A stretch of DNA of 32,000 bases. Origin: Candidatus Thorarchaeota archaeon (GTDB taxonomy: Archaea > Asgardarchaeota > Thorarchaeia > Thorarchaeales > Thorarchaeaceae). The notes beneath the pieces were generated by a model. It had not been told where the DNA came from, did no database searches, and saw only the letters and a program-made list of their open reading frames with translations. The position numbers and the translations under genes are program-made. The stretch covers positions 300,001-332,000 of the forward strand of contig SHMX01000004.1 of assembly GCA_008080745.1 (NCBI GenBank), written 5' to 3'. Position 1 is the stretch's first letter. Each line of letters starts with the position of its first letter. Shown in pieces: positions 9,415 through 18,100 of the stretch.

Positions 9415-9729
9415 ATGACTGCGATACATTATTATAAAACTAAGCGAATTATATACCCGGAGATTGCATTGGTGAGTTTCATAGGTGAAGGGGCTTCAAT
9501 TAATGACCCTATTCGTATAGTCGATGTTGTAACACATTTTGAGGCAATTGATGCGGAATATCATTTATTACGTGAATTGCACGGAAAAAAAGACGAGGAC
9601 TGGTTCTTGATAAAACAAACCTTACTATCAGAACAAGGCCGATACATTGATGTGCTTGATATTCAGTTGGCAGATGGTACATTGATGTCGATATTTTTTG
9701 ATATAACCGAATTTTGGGGAAAATTCTGA
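9415..9729 (+). CDS. Small conserved-looking hypothetical protein
   Basis: GEGASINDPI...AEYHLL...Q.L...GRYIDVLDI...DG...FFDITEFWGK reads like a real small globular family. The true start may be downstream of 9415. Confidence 0.7.
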   Translation: MTAIHYYKTKRIIYPEIALVSFIGEGASINDPIRIVDVVTHFEAIDAEYHLLRELHGKKDEDWFLIKQTLLSEQGRYIDVLDIQLADGTLMSIFFDITEFWGKF

Positions 9730-9755
9730 AGAGCCTGATTGGCTCTTTCAGTTAT

Positions 9756-10139
9756 TTATGCCAATGCAATGAGTTGAACTTCAATATCGACATCTTTTGG
9801 AAGTCTAGCAACTTCAACCGCAGCTCTTGCTGGTGGATTGTCTTTGAACCATTTTGCATATTCTTCATTCATTTCGTTGAAGTCATCCATATTCTTCAGG
9901 AATACTGTGACTTTGACCACTTTTTCCAATGTTGACCCCGCCTCGATCAGAACTTGTTGGAGATTAGCCAATACTTGCTTTGTTTGATCTGTGATAGATC
10001 CTGTTACCATCTTCTCGGTTTCAGGGTTGAAGGGTATCTGTCCTGAACAGAAAACAAAACCATTCGCCTTGATTGCCTGAGAATAAGGACCTATTGCTTT
10101 GGGAGCCTTATCTGTGGAAACTATTTCACGTGACATCAT
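9756..10139 (-). CDS. ridA: RidA/YjgF/UK114 enamine-imine deaminase
   Basis: APKAIGPYSQAI, FCSGQIP, VVKVTVFLKNMDDFNEMNEEY, PARAAVEVARLP..VDIEV, with the catalytic Arg retained. Confidence 0.95.
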   Translation of the reverse strand: MMSREIVSTDKAPKAIGPYSQAIKANGFVFCSGQIPFNPETEKMVTGSITDQTKQVLANLQQVLIEAGSTLEKVVKVTVFLKNMDDFNEMNEEYAKWFKDNPPARAAVEVARLPKDVDIEVQLIALA

Positions 10140-10240
10140 TATTCACATGTTCAAGAAATACATTCTTGACTTTAATCTAACGTATGGTGGTCCCAGCTCT
10201 TCTACCTCTTCTCAATTTTTCTGGCTATTTGGATTGATAG

Positions 10241-10268
10241 TATTCTAACAAATAGATTGTTTAGAATA
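10241..10268. promoter_or_regulatory. Inverted repeat TATTCTAA-N12-TTAGAATA in the divergent ridA / surface-operon intergenic region
   Basis: 8-bp perfect arms read directly from the sequence; function not established. Confidence 0.3.
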
Positions 10269-10492
10269 ACGTTTCATTGAATATGCGGGATATAAATCAA
10301 CAATTTCTATATAAGTGACAAAATTCTGAGATGGGTAATCGGTTTCAGTTAGGGGCTGAAACATATTAGAGATATAGGGATTCGCGTTTGGATCAATGGA
10401 ATATTGGTCGTCATAGGTGGAGATGTGAATACGTTCAATCACCAATACATTGGCAGTCGGAACCCTATTTCTATTTCTGGAGGAATCCTTTC

Positions 10493-13400
10493 TTGACATA
10501 CCGTGTTACTTCGTACAGAGTGGGTGTTATTGGTATAATTGCTTTGTTGTTAATTTCATCATTTGCCTTACCATCTGCCGCTATGCCAATTGAACATTCA
10601 TCTAACGAATCAACGATTGCAGAACATCAACCGTCTGTTTTGATTCTCTATGATTCTGGAGATACAGACTTAACAGCTTGTGCTGTTACGATTCGTACTG
10701 TTGTTTTTGATTCGGGAATACCCACGAGAATTCTTGGTGTTCAATCATATTCGTTCTTAGAATATGCTCTTTGTTGTGAAGCAGCAGAGATTATTATCTA
10801 CGTATTCCAGAGCAATTCTTATGGAATAATAATCCGTGATCAGGAGGTAAGTTGGAGTGACTTAACCTCTACGGTTAGTATATACTCGGATGTTGAACAT
10901 ATCGTGCCTTTGGGGAATTCAAATGAGATGAAGAAGATTAATCCAAATTCACCTAATCTTCATACCGAAACCGCCAATGTTGTAGACCTTAGATTAGCAC
11001 AAATATTCTCACTCTGGATCACTGCTGAGATTCTTGTAGATTATCCAAGCAAAACTGTACAGGAAAAAGGAAGAGAACTTCGCAATGTAGTGATGCATGA
11101 CTTTTGTGACAATATTAGCGAATTGATGTCTAAGAGTGCTTTTCCTGATGTATCAACTGGTGAAGATATTCCCGATCCGATAACTGATCCGCGATTGACA
11201 GAAACTTGGTCTGAAGTGATTCCGCAGTATGATGAAGAAGGAACTGAACTAAAACCCATACTCCGGCTATCATCAGAATCTGCACAGGATGAAGAGAGCG
11301 AGTATATCAGCCTTCGTGACATGACCCCTACTAGTGGAATCGGTGGAGCTATTGGCTGGGTTCTTGACCATTTACTCTCTGCAATTACAGGACAAGGAAT
11401 GGAAGATCTTCAGTTGAATATGGACGCAGCTAAGAATATCGTAGCTAAGATGGATTCAATTGTAGAAGATGTCCGACTTGATATTATTGACTGGTTTAAG
11501 GACAAAGGGTATAATGTGACAATGGCTAATATCTCTACAGCTATACCTCAGTTACTTCAAAGTGACATGTTTGAACTCTGGTCATTATCTGATCAATTAA
11601 TTCTTGACGCATGGTATGAAGCTGATGATTGGATTACTGAATTTATTGAACGAATTGTTGCTACACCTGTTCAGACTGATCTCAAGGGGCTTATACCTGT
11701 CTTTCTCTTTCGATTAGGAACACCCCTGAATCTTGGTTCCTCTTTTGCAAGTTTTGGTGCTGTCCTCCGCATCAAAGTTTTGCCAACCTTTGAGATTGAC
11801 AAGACTTTCTTTAAATCGTTCATGAATGACGTTATTTTTGGCAATGACACACTTGCCGCTTTAAATGATACAGAGGCGGCTTTTACTGAAGTTCACAAAT
11901 TTATTGATGTAATTCCGATAATGGATATCGACTTGGGTGTCTGTGCCTTTTTACCGAAGCAAAGCACATGGACCAAAGCGTTACTTGATGGGTTCACCCT
12001 TGATTTCTTTGGTTCTGCACATTTCCAAATTGCATTCCAACCTATTGATGCGAGTGGAACTGACCGTTCATTTATGGAAGTACGTGAGTGGGGCCTTCGA
12101 TTTGAGTTGGATGCATCATATGGAATGACGATTGCCACATTTCTAGCTCCTGGTGCAAGTGGTGCTATCAATACGATTCTTGAATATATTGAACCTCTGC
12201 TTCAGGCTACACTAACTCTCACTTTATCTGTCATATTTGAGATAAGTAAAAAGTATCAGGGACAGGGTCTTCCTGATCTCTCTACTCTTCTCCTTGATAT
12301 TGTTGTGGGGGTCACACTTGATATACGACTGCTTATTGCAGTATTCAAAGGAACCTTCAAAGTAGGAATGAGTTTCGAACAAAAGGAAGGAGTATTAGAT
12401 TCTGGCTCTACCGCCTTAGCCGAGGGGCCAATGTCACCATTCGTTCCTAGCGACACCTCGACCTCTACTATTGGGGTATATCTAACACTCTATTGTTCAC
12501 TCTATTTGGGTATTGATCTCTGGTTGGTTTCATTTGGCACACATTTTGGTGGACCATGGGAGGATACCTTTACTATTTACTCCGATTCTAGCTCTTCTGA
12601 ATATGGATCTGAGTCTGCAGATCTTACAGACACGGACAAGGATGGATTGCCTGACGCCTTTGAAACCCGAATGAATCAACTATATGGTTCAACCTATCTT
12701 GATCCAAATCTAGCAGATACTGATGGTGACGGTCTTAACGACAAACTTGAGCTTGAGATTAACACTTTCCCGAATGATGCTGATTCTGATGATGATCAGC
12801 TTTCAGATTATGCAGAACACATCACTCATGGAACAGATCCTTTACTCAATGATACAGAATTTGATGGACTCGACGATTATGAAGAGGTCGAGGTCTACGG
12901 GACTTCGCCCTTCATAATTGATACAGATGCAGATGGCCTCTCCGACTTTTTCGAAGTCAATGAGACCTATGATGTTACCTATACCAAGAATACCTATGGT
13001 GCAATTAATGAGATTCTTGTGGGAGGCGTTGTATACGATGATAAAACAGACCCACTCAATCCTGATACTGATAATGATATGTTACTTGATGGTGAAGAAT
13101 GGAAGAATGGTGTGGAGTATGCTAATCAGTCTGTAGTGAATGCTAATGATTACATCTACCTTCGTTGGACTCATCCACTTGATGCTGATTCTGACGACGA
13201 CTCTGTACTTTGGTTTGATGGTGGTGGTTATTTCTATCCTAGCAATAGTTTTCTCTATGATATGAATGATGGAATAGAGGTATTGGGCCAGTATATCACT
13301 TTCATTGATATCGAAGGTTATCCTGTGGTTGAATATGTAAAGTGTAACCCTGTAAATCCTGACACCGACTTTGATACTGTTGTTGCACTATTCTATACGG

Positions 13401-15118
13401 ATGGATACGAACTCAGTCGAGACCCACCAACCAATCCCACTAATGGGGATACAGATCATGATGGACTACTGGACGGTGGTGAAGTAATTGGGCCTGGTGC
13501 ATATGGTACTGATGCTCTTAATCCTGATACAGATAATGATAATCTACCCGATTATGAAGATTATATCCTTCCAACTGATCAACGCGATCCCGATACCGAC
13601 GATGACCAAATACTCGATGGTGATGAATACTATATCTATGGTACCAACCCTTGTTTGGCTGACTCCGATTTTGACGGTCTCACTGATTCAGAAGAGCTGT
13701 TCTTCTTCTATTGCAACCCAATGGTACGGGACTCGGATGCCGATGGATTAACTGATGGTGAAGAAATTCTGATTTACCTCACTGACCCCCTTCTGAATGA
13801 TACAGATGGGGATATGCTGGAGGACGGTTACGAAGTTGATGTTTCAGGAACGGATCCGCGATTATTTGATACTGATAATGACCAATTGGGTGATGGTGCT
13901 GAATTGTTTATCTACAAGACAAACCCATTAGATTGGGACTCTGACCATGATTCCCTCACATATCCTAATGAGAATGGAAGTATCACTTTAGCTCTGAGTG
14001 ACGGAGATGAAGTATTAGTCTATGGTACTAATCCCAATTCGGTAGATACGGATCTGGACGGGCTCACTGACTCACAGGAGATTTACCTTGCGATGGGCGC
14101 ACCTAGTTTTGACCCCATTCCACTCGACCCTCTAAATAATGACACGGACGGAGATTCACTACTAGATGGATATGAGATGATTATCAAGAATGTGACCCTT
14201 ATGACATATCCATATGAGGGTATTATGAAGGAGTTGCGTTTCGGCTCTTGTCCAGTTAAGAATGATACTGATGGTGATGGGCTATTAGATAATCTTGAGC
14301 TTGAGCTGATGTGCGATCCATCAGACCATGATACAGATGACGATACGCTTAGCGATTGGATGGAAGTGAACCAAACTGGGACATCTCCACTCTCAAACGA
14401 TACTGATGGTGATGAGATTCCTGATAATCTAGAGGCGTATAATATCACACTAAATACTACTACATCATCTATGTTCATGCTCTCTGCTGCAGGAGAACTT
14501 ACTGAGATATCTGCTAATCAATGGGTCTTTCCCACTTCTGCAACTGATAGTGATTCGGACGATGATCTCTTACCAGATGGGCTTGAGATAATCTATGGAA
14601 CCAATCCCTTCAATCCAGATGACAATAATAATGGTATTCTGGATGGTTATGAGTTCGATTTGGATGGTGACGGACTTAGTGACGCTGAAGAAATTTACAT
14701 TTACCAGACTCATCTTGCACCGCTCCCAATCTCCGATGATTGGACATGGATTGGTGACCCTGGGGGAATAGCCAATCCTGATTCGGATGGTGATTCCATT
14801 CCCGATGGTATAGAGGTTCACACATATGGTTCAGATCCAACCTCTACAGATTCAGATGGGGACGGAATATCCGATAGTGATGAGATTGCACTTGGTGGAG
14901 ACCCCCTAGTACCTATTACCAGCGGACTTCCGACATGGGTGATTATTGCAGCAGCTGGAGGAGTAGGATTGGTGGTTGGATTAGTGTTACCACCTTTGAT
15001 TAGTTTTACAAAAGGAAAGATATCCGACGTAAGAGGCTCTGGCTCAAAAAAGAGCAAAAAGCGTACTAAGAAAACGAAACGAAAGACCAAGTCCAAGAAG
15101 GAGGGTGATACCAAATGA
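10493..15118 (+). CDS. Giant type-I membrane surface protein (~1541 aa): signal peptide, alpha/beta domain, beta-rich region, about 26 Ca2+-binding thrombospondin type-3-like repeats, C-terminal TM and polybasic tail
   Basis: The in-frame TTG at 10493 with GGAGGA at 10479-10484 gives a signal peptide (YRVGVIGIIALLLISSFALPSAA). Repeats such as DTDKDGLPDAFE, DTDGDGLNDKLE and DSDADGLTDGEE. TM TWVIIAAAGGVGLVVGLVLPPLISF, then a K/R-rich tail. Confidence 0.9.
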   Translation: MTYRVTSYRVGVIGIIALLLISSFALPSAAMPIEHSSNESTIAEHQPSVLILYDSGDTDLTACAVTIRTVVFDSGIPTRILGVQSYSFLEYALCCEAAEIIIYVFQSNSYGIIIRDQEVSWSDLTSTVSIYSDVEHIVPLGNSNEMKKINPNSPNLHTETANVVDLRLAQIFSLWITAEILVDYPSKTVQEKGRELRNVVMHDFCDNISELMSKSAFPDVSTGEDIPDPITDPRLTETWSEVIPQYDEEGTELKPILRLSSESAQDEESEYISLRDMTPTSGIGGAIGWVLDHLLSAITGQGMEDLQLNMDAAKNIVAKMDSIVEDVRLDIIDWFKDKGYNVTMANISTAIPQLLQSDMFELWSLSDQLILDAWYEADDWITEFIERIVATPVQTDLKGLIPVFLFRLGTPLNLGSSFASFGAVLRIKVLPTFEIDKTFFKSFMNDVIFGNDTLAALNDTEAAFTEVHKFIDVIPIMDIDLGVCAFLPKQSTWTKALLDGFTLDFFGSAHFQIAFQPIDASGTDRSFMEVREWGLRFELDASYGMTIATFLAPGASGAINTILEYIEPLLQATLTLTLSVIFEISKKYQGQGLPDLSTLLLDIVVGVTLDIRLLIAVFKGTFKVGMSFEQKEGVLDSGSTALAEGPMSPFVPSDTSTSTIGVYLTLYCSLYLGIDLWLVSFGTHFGGPWEDTFTIYSDSSSSEYGSESADLTDTDKDGLPDAFETRMNQLYGSTYLDPNLADTDGDGLNDKLELEINTFPNDADSDDDQLSDYAEHITHGTDPLLNDTEFDGLDDYEEVEVYGTSPFIIDTDADGLSDFFEVNETYDVTYTKNTYGAINEILVGGVVYDDKTDPLNPDTDNDMLLDGEEWKNGVEYANQSVVNANDYIYLRWTHPLDADSDDDSVLWFDGGGYFYPSNSFLYDMNDGIEVLGQYITFIDIEGYPVVEYVKCNPVNPDTDFDTVVALFYTDGYELSRDPPTNPTNGDTDHDGLLDGGEVIGPGAYGTDALNPDTDNDNLPDYEDYILPTDQRDPDTDDDQILDGDEYYIYGTNPCLADSDFDGLTDSEELFFFYCNPMVRDSDADGLTDGEEILIYLTDPLLNDTDGDMLEDGYEVDVSGTDPRLFDTDNDQLGDGAELFIYKTNPLDWDSDHDSLTYPNENGSITLALSDGDEVLVYGTNPNSVDTDLDGLTDSQEIYLAMGAPSFDPIPLDPLNNDTDGDSLLDGYEMIIKNVTLMTYPYEGIMKELRFGSCPVKNDTDGDGLLDNLELELMCDPSDHDTDDDTLSDWMEVNQTGTSPLSNDTDGDEIPDNLEAYNITLNTTTSSMFMLSAAGELTEISANQWVFPTSATDSDSDDDLLPDGLEIIYGTNPFNPDDNNNGILDGYEFDLDGDGLSDAEEIYIYQTHLAPLPISDDWTWIGDPGGIANPDSDGDSIPDGIEVHTYGSDPTSTDSDGDGISDSDEIALGGDPLVPITSGLPTWVIIAAAGGVGLVVGLVLPPLISFTKGKISDVRGSGSKKSKKRTKKTKRKTKSKKEGDTK
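12629..14890 (+). repeat. Protein-level array of about 26 D-[TS]-D-x-D-G-[LI]-x-D-x-x-E Ca2+-binding repeats, many followed by G-T-[DN]-P
   Basis: Counted by eye in the translation. Codons are diverged, so this is not a recent DNA tandem repeat. Confidence 0.9.
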
Positions 15119-18100
15119 AGCAAACTACACACCGATTTATAGCGCTACTGTTAGCAATTGTAATGTTGACCACTATATCTCCTATAGGATTAATGGATTC
15201 TCTATCTCCTATCGAATCAGTAGATGAGACCTCTGTACCAAGTAATCCTACTATAGTGCTTGATCCAGCACCCTTCAATCTAACGAATGATTATCAAAAG
15301 ATTTGGGAACCAAATAATATCCGGGGTTCTACTCATGCAGTTGATGCCTCTCCCAGCAAGGACTTAGTGGCAACTGCAGGGGGATGGCTATCAGACACAG
15401 AAGTACACGTCTATAGGTGGGATCCTGATACATCCCAATACTACCATGTTGAATCGCTTGGAGATGGAATCTTCCAAGGAGATGTATTGGATGTCAAATT
15501 CATGGATGCCGATAACAATGGTAGATTAGAGATAGTTGCGGGTTGTGCGGATGGCACAATCTACGTATTTGAGGCTCTGTCTGTAGAGGATGGTGTATTT
15601 TCTGTATATAATTCTGCTAACTTTTTTGACCTAGTTTGGAATAGCAGTACAATTATCGATCGGCAAATATGGCAAATAGAGGTAGCAGATATAGACCATG
15701 ATGCACAGACTGAGATAATCGCTGGAGCATGGGATTCAAAGGTCTATGTCTTTGATTATGTTGACCACTCCGCTTGGCCTTATTGTTCTTATCATTGGAT
15801 GGATTTCGAATATGTCTGGGATAGTGGTGATACGATTTCTGGAAGAGTTAATTCTGTTGCAGTGGGAGATGCTGATGCAGACGGATTGACTGAAATCTAT
15901 GCAGGCAGTCAAGATTGCAAGGTATATAGATTTGAAGAAATTCCCTGTCTGAAACATACCTATGTCTACAGATGGGATAGCGGCGATAGTATATATCGTC
16001 CAATTAATTCGATAACTATCTCAAATAATATTGATAATGATGTATTCGGGGAACTCGTTGTTTCTGCTTATGGACAAGGTGTGTTTATCTTCCATTACGA
16101 TGATAGCATAGACGACTTCACAATCCGTAAGATAAATCAGCAGCTTGCAACCTGGGAGCAGGGCGTTGTGCCTACAACTGGTGTATACTCCGGCTATGAG
16201 GCGGACCCCTATGCCGACAAGAAGATTTACGGCTGGAACCCTCAAGGTATCTATGAACTTGATACATATCCTTATCCTTGGAATAATACCTACTTGGGCG
16301 GTGACTCAGCTCTAGGTGGTCCACCAGATCATGCACTAACGACATTTGATGCAACCGGTCCATACCAATATCTTGGAGAGTGGGTTTACCCAGTTGGTAC
16401 GGATTTGAATGAATTTGGTTTTGTAGGAGCTCTTACCGTAGATGTAGATGGATTTACCTATGTGTGTGATGCAAATACGGATGTCATAAAGAAAATTGAT
16501 GTATTTGGTGAAGTTATTCTTCAATGGGGTGGTACAGGCTCTAATGTGAGTGAATTAGATACTCCATTAGGAATTGCGATTGGAATCGATGGCTGTGTCT
16601 ACGTTTCTGATGCATATAATCACAGGATTCAGAAATTCACTGCTGAAGGTACTTTCATTACTGCATGGGGTGAAAACGGGACTGAACCGGGCCAATTCCA
16701 AATTCCTTATGGAATTGATGTTGATAGCAATGGCTCCGTGTACGTTGCTGATGCATTGAATAACCGAATCCAGAAATTCACATCGGATGGAGAGTTCATC
16801 ACTGCTTGGGGTACTCTAGGTACTGGAGATGGTGAACTGAATACTCCCTACGATGTTGCAGTGAATGATGAGTTTGTGGTAGTTTCAGATCATGAAAACG
16901 ATAGACTCCAGATATTTACTCACTGTGGGGAGTTCATTCGAGAAATGGGTGGTGCAGCTGATATCGACCTACCGGCTGGGCTAGATATAGATCCGGATGG
17001 TTTCATTTACGTCGCTGATTTCGAATATGATCAGGTTGTTAAATTCACAAAATACGGTGAAATAATCGATAAAATTGGTGTTCCTGGTATTGGACCCTTA
17101 GAATTCTCGAACCCCTATAGTATTGAGATTACTGAAACGGGTATTCTTGTATCGGATACATCAAATAACAGAATTCAAAAAGTCGGTTATCTCACTGTTG
17201 AGAATGACGTTCTCAGTTCACTTGATCCATTCTATAATTTGGGTGGTATTGTTGATGTTGCAACTAGCCCCGAGGGATACATCTATGTAAGTGATTTATC
17301 TAATGACTCGGTCATTAAATATGACTACGAAGGGAACTATGTGCGGTCTTGGGAGGTACCCAGTGATATTGGTGGAGAACCCGCTGACATCTATGGGATT
17401 GGTACTGACATTGATGGCAATGTCTATGTCTGTGATTATGATCGGGATATTGTACAGAAATTCAGTAGTACAGGGACACTCCTAGACGAAATTGGAAGTG
17501 GCTATCTTAGTTATCCTTACGATGTGACCATCGATGAGGCCGGATATATCTATGTATCCGATTATTTCGGAAATAGAATAGGTGTCTTTAATCCCAGTGG
17601 TACCTACGTGAGAACCATTGGCAGTTCAGGATCAGGATTTGGATATCTATCATCACCCGGTGGTATTACCATTGGTACTGACGGATTACTCTATGTATGC
17701 GACATTGGCAATAGTCGTGTCCACTCCTTTGAAACTGACGGTACTCCGATTGATGAATGGCCCGTGGGCTACACTGCAGCATTTTGGATTGCATCTTCTC
17801 CTGACGGATATCTATATACTTCGGGTAATGATGATGCGGTTCATGTCCATACACTATCAGGTCATGAAGTAATGTCGATTCCATCAAATATAGGACCTGA
17901 TTCAGAACTGATTTCACCCTATGGATTATCGATTGATTCATCAGGCAATCTGTTCGTGGTTGATTATACAAGCCACACCATCTGGGGATTCTCTTCTGCA
18001 TATTCTTACACGTTCAAAGCCACTGCTATTGTTGACTTTGGAGAATGGGAAGAACTGGGTGGGGACTCGACAGCATCTACCGATTTAGTGGTCTATTCTC

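Noticed and set aside
10388-10492. ORF-track start of the 1576-aa protein (MDQWNIG...)
   Set aside because: The first 35 codons are not signal-peptide-like. The TTG at 10493 has a GGAGGA site and yields a normal signal peptide.
10245-10499. 84-aa minus-strand ORF in the ridA / surface-operon gap
   Set aside because: No recognisable motif, and it overlaps the promoter/RBS region and start of the large gene; probably spurious.
12629-14890. Possible CRISPR or DNA tandem repeat suggested by recurring gatac(t/a)gat...gatgg
   Set aside because: The recurrence reflects DTDxDG codons in an open frame. Spacing and codons vary, and there are no identical repeat-spacer units.
16621-16812. Two NHL repeats with visibly similar DNA (cagaaattcac...ttcat.actgc.tggggt, 141-nt period)
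   Set aside because: Ordinary intragenic repeat similarity; not evidence of diversity-generating or recombination machinery, and no reverse transcriptase or recombinase is nearby.
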